A DNA stretch of 20,000 bases, taken from Barthelona sp. PAP020. Lineage: Eukaryota. The position numbers and the translations under genes were made by a program. Positions 10,100-18,812 of the stretch are shown here, one piece after another. Under the pieces are notes generated by a model. It saw only the letters and a list, made by a program, of their open reading frames with translations. It was not told the origin of the DNA and did no database searches. The stretch is taken from positions 56,047-76,046 of the forward strand of contig JARQWU010000022.1 of NCBI GenBank assembly GCA_040182905.1, written 5' to 3'. Every line of letters starts with the position of its first letter. Position 1 is the first letter of the stretch.

Positions 10100-10803
10100 A
10101 ATTCAGTTTATCCGATAAATAAATAAAAAGAAGGAACCTGTTCATCAAATATATTTTTTGAGATTTTTCTTTCTGATAAATAGTTAGTCTTTGATTGTTA
10201 TTTTTTTTTTTTGTTTCATTTTTTTCATCCTCTAAATGAGATGTTAACTTGTTTTTATCCACCAATATACGGAAGTTATTGATTTTGAGATCGAAAAGGA
10301 CTTTGGGGAATTGAAAGAATGAAGACGATGTCTTTATTTTAATTAAACAATGTTGAGGCACAATTGCGCTTTTAAAACTAAAAAATTCTTTTGAAAAAAA
10401 TTATATTTACAAACAATTTGAAAATGAATATTGTAAAGAAAAGAATAAAGAAGATTTTTTTTACTAAATTGACAAAATTTTTAAAAAAATAGAAGACTTG
10501 TTTATTGATGAGATGAAGCTAAAGCAGATCTTCTCTGTTTGCTTTTCTTAAAAATGAATATGAAAACTTTATAATTGAGCCAAATTCTAGTCATTTTAAT
10601 TCCTCAAAAATGCATTCATAATAAATTTTGATTCTTAATTTTATAAAGGATCAAATTTAATGCACAATAAGGTTTTCAAATTATTAAAATAAAATAATCA
10701 ATGGTTAAAAACTGATTGAAATTTAATTTAATTTAATTTCAATTTATTTATTTATTTTTCAGTTTTTTGTCATTCAAAAAATAAATTTAATGAGGTATGA
10801 ATA

Positions 10804-11838
10804 TTAAACACGAGTACGTTCTAAATCATTGGCGACAAATCTTCGGAAATTTGCCATTGCCATCTTTTCAGTTTCTTTTGCAGCTTGTCTTATTTTTGAT
10901 GTGATTACTTGATTTCTTCGGATTGAATGCTTTTGCATATCATTTTCAATTTTTTGTTTATTGAACCAATTATCCAGACTTCGTTTAATTTGAATGTTTT
11001 CAACTTTGGCATTGTGTAAATGAGCTTTTTGTGCTTTGAGCTTCAAATATTCTTTCTTTCTCTTTAAACCACTTTCAAATTTGGCTCTGTCATTCATAAT
11101 CTTGATCAATCTGTTGGTTGCTATTTCGGCCAACCTCATGTTAACTTTTTCCCTTGCATTTGCTCCCAACTCTCTTGCTCTGTTAATTCTTGATTTTAAG
11201 TAATGATCTCTGTTCCCCTTTGCAATTTGTTGGTTTTCAAACATTACTGTATAATAATACACTCTTCTATCAGTTTCATATCTTCTGCCACGTGCCCGAA
11301 CCAAGTAAAAATGATTGAAATGGCTCAATATTTTTGACACTCTTTTAGCAATCAAGGCCTGCCTTTTAGCTCTGCTTGAAACGATTTTGGCTTGCAAAAG
11401 ACGAAATTTCATTTGAAGTTTAGACTGTAATTTAATTGAGTGTAAATATCTTTTTCTCAACACATTTTGATTGTGTTCTATCAATGTCAACCTTCTATCT
11501 CTTAATAATGAATTCTTTCTCAATTCAGCAGCTCTCAATTTTGTTCTCAATCTCAATTTTTGTGAAGCAATCCTATCTTCTTCTTGCATACAGTTCTTTT
11601 CATAAACAGTTAAAACTTTTAAATATTCTTTGCAACCACGTTGTTGAATGTTTTTTATGTATTTATCTCTTCTTCTTTGAGCTTGTCTCAATTTTTCATC
11701 AATTTGAAATCTTGTAACCAAAGGGAATTTAACATATGGAACGAATTTTGTTTGATAGTTGAATTTTTGAAGGTCTTTTTTCAATTCCACAACATATGAT
11801 ACACTTCCAGATTTCTCCAGCAGTAATTTTAAGTTCAT
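10804..11838 (-). CDS. Basic helical protein with a stathmin-like N-terminus and 5-6 tandem 51-aa repeats (putative tubulin binder)
   Basis: ATG at 11838 after a T-tract. LLEKSGSVSYVVEL resembles stathmin LEKRASGQAFELIL; IDEKLRQAQRRR resembles IQKKLEAAEERR. The motif recurs every 51 residues. Confidence 0.7.
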   Translation of the reverse strand: MNLKLLLEKSGSVSYVVELKKDLQKFNYQTKFVPYVKFPLVTRFQIDEKLRQAQRRRDKYIKNIQQRGCKEYLKVLTVYEKNCMQEEDRIASQKLRLRTKLRAAELRKNSLLRDRRLTLIEHNQNVLRKRYLHSIKLQSKLQMKFRLLQAKIVSSRAKRQALIAKRVSKILSHFNHFYLVRARGRRYETDRRVYYYTVMFENQQIAKGNRDHYLKSRINRARELGANAREKVNMRLAEIATNRLIKIMNDRAKFESGLKRKKEYLKLKAQKAHLHNAKVENIQIKRSLDNWFNKQKIENDMQKHSIRRNQVITSKIRQAAKETEKMAMANFRRFVANDLERTRV

Positions 11839-11919
11839 AAACAAATAAAAAACAATAGAAAACTCCTTTTTTTTATTCTAGTAATAATGGTTGGGATTCT
11901 TCGAAGTGGTGAAAACAAA

Positions 11920-12450
11920 ACCTCCATTTAAAAGCCCTTCTATTTCTCTTTTCTTTTCAAGTGTAATCGTGGTATCAATACTTTCACTGTGAAATAAATA
12001 CAACAGTTACAAAAATTACAAATAAAAATTTGTTGTATCAACAATTGATTTGTCCTCTTTTTCTTCCATTCCAATCATAAAGATAAAGAACAAAGATGTT
12101 TTTAAAACAAGACCATCTTGTTTTTCAGCCTACCCTTATTTTTTTACTTTTCCTCATACGAAACCTTTTCCAAAACTTTCACTTGAGAACTGGCGCCTCA
12201 GGTGATTCGTAAATAATAAACCTTTATCTTCATTCATATTTGGAGGTGGTGTGGCGGGCCAACGTTCCTGTCAAGAACCTCTCAGTCTTAAGTCTTTTAT
12301 TTCATAGGATGTCCACCAGATAGGACTGTTCTATACCGTATTTGAACTTTTTGCATTGCTAATTATTCAAAAGAGCCCAAAGGTTCCAATATTCTTAAAA
12401 CACATCCAAAATTAACAAGGGTTCTTATGATTCACTTATAAAAGGTTAAA
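11920..12450 (+). ncRNA. Candidate structured non-coding RNA (family unassigned)
   Basis: No long ORF, a locally GC-rich core, and stems found by eye: 11998-12005/12031-12038, 12104-12112/12116-12124, three-way junction 12181-12286, 12304-12334, 12371-12378/12419-12426. Boundaries and strand are uncertain. Confidence 0.35.
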
Positions 12451-12824
12451 ATTTTTGAAGAAGTTGAGTTAAAATTTCGTATTCAAGGAAAAAAGGAAGA
12501 ACAGAAAATTTCAATCTGTTAAATATATCGCCAAGTAAACAACTCTCACTAATTTTTTCCTCTTTCCTGATGGAATTTCATTTTCTTTTGCAGAAATTTG
12601 TTTATTAAAATATGTTGCATTCAGATTTAATAAAAAAACCATCTAAACACTTAATTGTTTCTTTTTGCAGGAACATATAAGGTGAAAAGAACTAATGACA
12701 CACAAAACATGTTTGTTTTGAATTTTCAAATTCAAATGAAGTGGAAACGATTCTTTGATGGTGATTTGTGGGAAATTTAAACGCATGAAAAAAGAATAAA
12801 CAAAAAAGAAAACCCAAAGAATGT

Positions 12825-14318
12825 TTATGTTTCCTCAAACAAGGGGAGGTTACTCAAGGAACGTGATAGAGGTCTTGAGGGACTATTGAGAGACATGTTT
12901 ATGGAACCAGCAGACAAAGGAGCAGTTGAGGATGGCCTTGAAGGGATTGGAGACAGTTCAAAGGCTCTTTCTTTGATTATTTCTCTTTGGACAACCGGTT
13001 CGTCGTTGTCAGTTGTTTGTTTTTTCTGTCTAATCAACTCACAACAATCAGGACAAATGTCAATCTCATGAGCAGGCCAAATTTTTTCATAAAAATAATA
13101 CATCACCAATGCAAAAATGTATGCGAATGCAAAAACCTTCCCCACAAAACGACCGCCTGATGATAATTGTTTAAATCTCTCGACAAATGGAACTTTGGGC
13201 TCCTTGACCACCTTATCGTAAATCACTTCAGTTCTTTCTGCAATATTTCGCCAATTGTACATTGTTTTAATTTTCTCATGCTGGGCCAAAGGGTCTTGTG
13301 TGGTCAACGCTTCAATTGCATTGTCAATTTGGTCACACAACAGAAGAGCGTTGGAGGGTGCTAAAAATGAAATATCATTGGGTAGAACCTCCGGAACACC
13401 ACCAACAGCAGTAGCAACAACCAACAAACCACAACTTGCCGCCTCAACCATCGCTATACAAAAGGCCTCTGTTAAAGAGGTGTTGATAAATATGTGTCCT
13501 CTATTTAATGTTTCGGCCACTTTGGAATGGGGAACTCCACCCAACAAAGTGACACGTTCCTGTAAATTGTAATCTGAAATCATTTGTTGCAACCCACGTT
13601 TCTTGGGACCATCACCTCCAATCAAAAAGTCGAGGTTTGAATGCCTCTTGCAAGCGATAGGTATTAATTTTATTAGAAGATCAATACCCTTCCTGAATGC
13701 CAATCTTGACATTGCAACAACAACTATACGTCCATTGGCTGGTCGTAACGATAAATCAGGCACAAAAGAGGTGCAATCAATGGCATTTGGAATGACGGAA
13801 ACACATGAAGGCGGTATCTTGGCTCTCAACACGATGTTTTCCTTTGAACAATGCGACACACATATAATATGAGTCGCTCCAGAAATATACTGCTTAAATC
13901 CCTTGTTTACGTGAAAAGAGGTAAACTCAGTAATTCCAATCAAAGAGTGGTCTGTAAAAACAACAGGCTTGCCAATGATATTGGAATTCAACATCGCTTC
14001 ATTTCCCATCAATGAAAAACCCTGATGACAGTGAACAATATCAATTTGTTCTCTAATAATGATATTCCTCAAATAATGCAGAGTCGAAAAAAAATGTAGA
14101 GCTGCACAATTGTCCTTCATATGCGTCATTGGAACATAATAAACCTTCAAACCGTTAACCATATATCTCACACCAAACCTTTCCTGATAGTTATGTGTAA
14201 AAACCACTACTTTGTGCCCTCTTTCAATCAAACATTGACTCATTGCAAACATATGATTTTCAACACCTCCCATATTGGGATAGAAATAATCAGATACGAG
14301 AAGAATATTGTATCTCAT
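12825..14318 (-). CDS. PIGA: PIG-A/GPI3 catalytic subunit of GPI-GlcNAc transferase (GT4 family)
   Basis: VSDYFYPNMGGVENH, VFTDHSL, ICVSHCSKEN, VIPNA, SRLAFRKGIDLL, GGDGPK, NTSLTEAFCIAMVEAASCGL, VGGVPEVLP and a C-terminal TM helix. Confidence 0.96.
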   Translation of the reverse strand: MRYNILLVSDYFYPNMGGVENHMFAMSQCLIERGHKVVVFTHNYQERFGVRYMVNGLKVYYVPMTHMKDNCAALHFFSTLHYLRNIIIREQIDIVHCHQGFSLMGNEAMLNSNIIGKPVVFTDHSLIGITEFTSFHVNKGFKQYISGATHIICVSHCSKENIVLRAKIPPSCVSVIPNAIDCTSFVPDLSLRPANGRIVVVAMSRLAFRKGIDLLIKLIPIACKRHSNLDFLIGGDGPKKRGLQQMISDYNLQERVTLLGGVPHSKVAETLNRGHIFINTSLTEAFCIAMVEAASCGLLVVATAVGGVPEVLPNDISFLAPSNALLLCDQIDNAIEALTTQDPLAQHEKIKTMYNWRNIAERTEVIYDKVVKEPKVPFVERFKQLSSGGRFVGKVFAFAYIFALVMYYFYEKIWPAHEIDICPDCCELIRQKKQTTDNDEPVVQREIIKERAFELSPIPSRPSSTAPLSAGSINMSLNSPSRPLSRSLSNLPLFEET

Positions 14319-14499
14319 TTTCTGGTCCTGCTATTGATGTCAAAGAAAAATGGAATGTGCTTTTTGAAAAAAAAATTCTTTTCAATTTCTTTCAACAAAA
14401 AGGAAGACGGCAAAAAGAAAACATAGACTAATTTTATTGACAAAAAAAGGTTAAAAACATTGTTAGAAATGAAAACATGTGATTGTGGATGGAACAAAA

Positions 14500-17400
14500 C
14501 TACTCTTCATTCAAGAACTTGGAATACGTCACAAAATGATTGGAACTCTTCAACATGGCTTCTGGTGCTGCAGAAACAAAAATGGCTTCTTGGATTGCTT
14601 CTTCCAAATCGTCAGCAATTGAATGCAAGTCCTGTACCTTGGAATGAACCAGTTGTCTTCTGATTTCTCTCAAATCAGAAACTGAAATTCCTGAATAGTG
14701 TCTGGAAATCGTAGATTGCCATTTCTTCTTGTTTGGAACGTACTGAGCGAACGTTGAAAATGCACCGATGATAAATGTGTCCAGATGTTCTTTTGTAATG
14801 TTCACATTTCTCAAGATATCTGCAACCTGACAAAACGCATCAACAGTATTGTCAAGATTTGGATCTCTGTATGTGGAAGCATATATTGTTCTGTCTATGG
14901 TAATGTAGAATCCGACACCATAAGCTCCACCTTGCACTCTCACTTTGTTCCAAAGATATTCGTTGCTCAAATAGGACATGGCCAAAAGATCTTTTCCTGA
15001 AAAGCGACGATTCAATTTAGACACCATTGCTGAGAATGCAACAGATTGAACTATTGAAAATCCTTGCTTATTGCTGACATTTAAATCTTCGACGCGATAA
15101 TTACCTCTTTGCTTCTTACTGGTTTGAGGCAAGATATCGGTGAAATTGACTAATTTCTCGTTGGTAATTTTTAAAACTGGCTTGTTACCTCCCAAAAAGA
15201 TATTCAAGGGTTGGCGGACCAATCTTTGGCTTATCTCCGCCAGGTCATTGCAGATCTCCTCAACTTTCAGGCCAAGCAAAAAATCAAAGAAAGACTTGCC
15301 TCCGGTGACTTCAGGGAAGGCGGACAACTTGGGATGTGCAGCTTGCCCTCTGTATTTCAAAAGAACGCCGGGTGAACGCACAATTTGACGTCTGTATCCG
15401 GTCAATCTAACATCAAGAATCTGTTTGAATCTCTTTGTGTTGTTGAAATCGGTCTCAAGCAGGATTTCTTGGAGGATTTCAAACCCATTATCCAGTTCTG
15501 TCGGCAAAATATCCATGCCAATGACAAACAATGGTTGAATTGTTGCATCTGTTGCAGAGTCCTGGGATTCCACAGCAAACTTGATGGATAACTTACCGAT
15601 GTGAGTTTGAATCATTGTGTTTAGCTTGGCGTATGAATTCTTCACAGTGCTTTGCTTTGAAAACAGCATTCCCAACAAACTAAGCTTCTGCCACTCATCA
15701 GAATCAAAGGAACTGCAATCGAAGCGAAATTCAAGATGAGCAACTCCTTTCGAATCAAATTCAGAAGTGTAAACATTCGTGTGATCTCTTGAATCAACCT
15801 GAGATGCCCTTTGAAGAGCAATAATCGACGGCTCCAAGTTAAGATCAGACAACGATAAATGAGGAATTGAATTCAACGCTTCTTGACTGTCTGGAATCGT
15901 TTGGAAATCTTCCAATGCCTTTTGTTGAGCATGCAATTTTTCCAATCCCTCCTTGCTTAAGTTTTCTCCTCTTCTTTGTGCTTCTTCAAACAAATAATCC
16001 GTGACTTCGTCCAAAACAGTTTCGTTTGCAACACCGTTGATACATACGTAATGTTCATTGTCAACGATAAGACTTTGCAAGAGCGATTTGAACAACACTT
16101 GATTCTCGTCGGTCAACGCATCACGAGTGTAATTAAAATGCTGCTCGTAATTCATGTGATACTCAACATCAAGATTGAAGAATCCGCAATCAACAAGGGA
16201 TAAGCATTCCATAAGACGCGCTGGATACGACGAAGAATCTTCAGTCTTTGCCAAAAATTCGGTGTGATTGATAACAGCCAACAAATTCTCACGGTCAAAG
16301 CCATCTCTTAGAACATTACGCAATTCTTCAAATACGATTTGCTCAATCAATTCAGCATTGGTAATTCCATCTCGTACTGGTTTCGTTGGCACTTCACGAC
16401 AGATAACAGCAACAACAGAAGGATAACATTCAGACTCAGTTGACAGGGAAACCGCTTTCGCTACTTCCTCATTGATCAAACGTTCTTTGATACGAGCACC
16501 AACAACGGAAAATAGACTTTCCAAGAGAATTTCCAATACCAACTCGTCAGCCTTCAATTCAGAAGAAGGTGGCAATGCCCAGGCCAAACTCACAATATCA
16601 GTATCACTTGGTATGGGAACAGAAACCCTAGTTGGAGCTGTAACAGGAATGGGATTGGTTCGCATCTCATAGTAACAAGGGGACTCATCATACTTTGAAA
16701 AATAAGAATCTAACTCATGGAGTAACAAATCATTTGGCCCTTCACCTGTTATAAATGTAACCGCGTTGGAAGGGGTGTAATATTTATGATACGTTTGTTG
16801 AAATTGCTCATATGTCAGATTTGGTATCTCTGTAGGCTGACCACCTGATTCAAAAGAATATGCACTGTTTGGGTACATTTCTTCAAAAATCTTCGAATAA
16901 ACCCTATAATATGGATCAGAAGTGGACCCCAACATTTCGTTATAAACAACACCACTAAATTCAAATTCATCTGTTTCGTTATCGTGCTTTAAATGCCATC
17001 CTTCTTGATAGAAGACCAACGGATCCTTTACCACTCTTGGTTCGAAAATACCATCCAAATAAACATCAACTAAATTTTTAAAATCTTTCTTGTTGCGAGA
17101 TCCAACCAGATAGAAGGTTCGATCGTCCATTGTGAAAGCATTTAAAAACGTGTTGAGCGAAGATTTCAACAAATCGGCAAACGGTTCTTTGGTTTGATAT
17201 TTCTCTGATCCGGCCAATACAGCGTGTTCTAGAATGTGGAAAACTCCCGTTGAATCCTCAGGAGGAGTGTAAAATCCCATTCCAAAAATTACATTGTCAC
17301 TATCAGTAACAACTCTGTAGACTAAACTGTTGGTCTTAATATGTCTAAATACTATTATTTTTGCATCAAGAATTGCGATGGTTAATTCCTGTTCAATTCT

Positions 17401-17514
17401 AAAAGATGGGGGTATGGTGTTTAATTCAGCTTCTGGGGTCATATTATATATAAATAAACGATTGGTGATCAAAATTATTAAAAGACTAACTCCTAAATAC
17501 CAAAAAAAATTCAT
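14500..17514 (-). CDS. M16C metallopeptidase (presequence protease PreP/Cym1/falcilysin type); true start may be ATG 17442
   Basis: Inverted zinc motif HILEH in DSTGVFHILEHAVLAGS; LNTFLNAFT, FYQEGWH, GVVYNEM, SGGQP, YLWNKVRVQGGAYG, YRDPN. Confidence 0.93.
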   Translation of the reverse strand: MNFFWYLGVSLLIILITNRLFIYNMTPEAELNTIPPSFRIEQELTIAILDAKIIVFRHIKTNSLVYRVVTDSDNVIFGMGFYTPPEDSTGVFHILEHAVLAGSEKYQTKEPFADLLKSSLNTFLNAFTMDDRTFYLVGSRNKKDFKNLVDVYLDGIFEPRVVKDPLVFYQEGWHLKHDNETDEFEFSGVVYNEMLGSTSDPYYRVYSKIFEEMYPNSAYSFESGGQPTEIPNLTYEQFQQTYHKYYTPSNAVTFITGEGPNDLLLHELDSYFSKYDESPCYYEMRTNPIPVTAPTRVSVPIPSDTDIVSLAWALPPSSELKADELVLEILLESLFSVVGARIKERLINEEVAKAVSLSTESECYPSVVAVICREVPTKPVRDGITNAELIEQIVFEELRNVLRDGFDRENLLAVINHTEFLAKTEDSSSYPARLMECLSLVDCGFFNLDVEYHMNYEQHFNYTRDALTDENQVLFKSLLQSLIVDNEHYVCINGVANETVLDEVTDYLFEEAQRRGENLSKEGLEKLHAQQKALEDFQTIPDSQEALNSIPHLSLSDLNLEPSIIALQRASQVDSRDHTNVYTSEFDSKGVAHLEFRFDCSSFDSDEWQKLSLLGMLFSKQSTVKNSYAKLNTMIQTHIGKLSIKFAVESQDSATDATIQPLFVIGMDILPTELDNGFEILQEILLETDFNNTKRFKQILDVRLTGYRRQIVRSPGVLLKYRGQAAHPKLSAFPEVTGGKSFFDFLLGLKVEEICNDLAEISQRLVRQPLNIFLGGNKPVLKITNEKLVNFTDILPQTSKKQRGNYRVEDLNVSNKQGFSIVQSVAFSAMVSKLNRRFSGKDLLAMSYLSNEYLWNKVRVQGGAYGVGFYITIDRTIYASTYRDPNLDNTVDAFCQVADILRNVNITKEHLDTFIIGAFSTFAQYVPNKKKWQSTISRHYSGISVSDLREIRRQLVHSKVQDLHSIADDLEEAIQEAIFVSAAPEAMLKSSNHFVTYSKFLNEE

Positions 17515-17672
17515 ACCTTTGAAGGGTTTGTATTCTTTTTTTTTTTGGAATCGTTTTTTTCCTATTTGTCAATTCACGTTGTAAGTTTGCCACAGTAAAA
17601 ACAATTTAGCGGTGATGTTTATTTATAAGGGTCGTCAAAAAACTGAAAAGAAGCATTTTTGTTTTTTATCGA
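17515..17672. promoter_or_regulatory. Short putative bidirectional promoter, M16C peptidase / NOB1
   Basis: 158-bp gap between two confidently identified divergent genes; T-tract just before the NOB1 ATG. Confidence 0.45.
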
Positions 17673-18812
17673 ATGGATTCGTCAAAAATTCAGCATCTTG
17701 TCCTAGATGCCAATCCGTTATTAAATCCAGACCAACAATTATATGGAATTGCTGAAAAATACTATTCTACCCCAACTATTCTTGCAGAAATTCGAAATCA
17801 GGAATCATTATTTAGGTTAGAGCAAACAAAGGCTCTTCTGGGGTCTCAATTTATAGTAAAAATGCCGGAAGAAAGATACATTAATTTAGTCAAGAGCTAT
17901 GCCTTCAAAAGTGGAGATATTGCGGTTATATCTGAAAATGATATTCATTGCATCGCCCTAACTCTGGAATTATCAATGCAAATGGAGACAGAGCGAAATA
18001 TTCGTTTTGAACCCCCAATACCAAAGCAATACACACAATCAAAGAAGAGCAATGTCGTTCAATTAAGTGCATCACAAATATATGCGCAGGCGCAAAAAGA
18101 AACACAGGAAGAACCATATGCGGATGAGGAAGAAATGGAAGAAACCAATGAGACAGAGGAACTCTTTCCCAGCATTCGTGAAGAAGATTTTTCAGATTGG
18201 ATCACGCCTGAAAATCTCAACAGCCACTTGAAAGTTGACCATTCTGGAAAAACCGTCAAACCTTGTGTGCACCATAAAATAGTTTGTATGACGGGAGATT
18301 TTGCGATGCAAAATGTTTTAATTGGAATGAACTTGCGTGTCATGGGAGATAAGGATTTTAAAATTATCAAAAAACTGAGAAGATCCTGTTTGAGATGTAC
18401 CTCTTGTGGGTCTGTGGAAATGAATCCTCTGAGGAAGTTTTGTGGCAAGTGCGGTTACGATTCACTGATCAGACAAGCTTATTGGTTGAATTCTAAAGGG
18501 GAGATGAGATTCCCAAAGCTGAGGGACGTCAATACCAGAGGCACTATCTTCAGTAGACCTTTGCCCAAAGGAGGCCGAATTTCATCAGACACCCCAATTA
18601 CAAGGGAATGGGAGTTGCTAAAAGTCAGACCTCATGAATACACGAACAAAAAGAAAAAATCAAACGCTGATGATGAATTCTTTGACCAAATGGATTTACT
18701 ACAAGCTACATCCGTAAAATCAAAAGGAAAAAATGCTCAAAGACCAGTAGGAACAAAAATTCAGCAAAAAACCCAATCCAAAAGAAGAACCAGAAACAAG
18801 AAACGGAGATAA
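17673..18812 (+). CDS. NOB1: NOB1 20S/18S pre-rRNA D-site endonuclease (PIN domain plus Zn ribbon)
   Basis: HLVLDAN, ISENDIHCIAL, acidic insert with WITPEN, MTGDFAMQNVL, LRCTSC...FCGKCG, RGTIFSRPLPKGG and a basic C-tail. Confidence 0.95.
   Translation: MDSSKIQHLVLDANPLLNPDQQLYGIAEKYYSTPTILAEIRNQESLFRLEQTKALLGSQFIVKMPEERYINLVKSYAFKSGDIAVISENDIHCIALTLELSMQMETERNIRFEPPIPKQYTQSKKSNVVQLSASQIYAQAQKETQEEPYADEEEMEETNETEELFPSIREEDFSDWITPENLNSHLKVDHSGKTVKPCVHHKIVCMTGDFAMQNVLIGMNLRVMGDKDFKIIKKLRRSCLRCTSCGSVEMNPLRKFCGKCGYDSLIRQAYWLNSKGEMRFPKLRDVNTRGTIFSRPLPKGGRISSDTPITREWELLKVRPHEYTNKKKKSNADDEFFDQMDLLQATSVKSKGKNAQRPVGTKIQQKTQSKRRTRNKKRR

Noticed and set aside
10047..10361. 104-aa minus-strand ORF, and the other short ORFs antisense to or nested in long genes
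   Set aside because: Non-ATG or weak starts, composition driven by homopolymers or by the antisense of real CDSs, and no motifs.
10521..10545. Minus-strand ACAGAGAAGAT matching the U6 snRNA ACAGAGA box, within a 9-bp hairpin
   Set aside because: It is not followed by the TAGC catalytic triad or U6 internal stem-loop, and the same 11-mer occurs by chance in the CstF-77 CDS near 4663.
10708..10766. AT-rich inverted repeat with (ATTTA)n/(TTTA)n microsatellite
   Set aside because: Low-complexity pairing expected by chance in a convergent 3' UTR region.
11957..11965. U2-like TCAAGTGTA
   Set aside because: The GTAGTA branch-pairing sequence and stem I are absent.
12197..12286. TPP riboswitch (minus-strand CTGAGA ... 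CACCTGA)
   Set aside because: The motifs are about 80 nt apart, and the P2 CCC, L5 loop and CGNAGG elements are missing.
12136..12330. Minus-strand frame with in-frame TGAs (selenoprotein or antizyme-like recoding)
   Set aside because: No start codon before the first TGA, no redox motif, and no recognisable SECIS or antizyme similarity.
12160..12448. RNase P/MRP P4 helix (GAAACCTTTT / ACTTATAAAAGGTTA)
   Set aside because: It lacks the universally bulged U and is low-complexity; kept only as an alternative for the ncRNA candidate.
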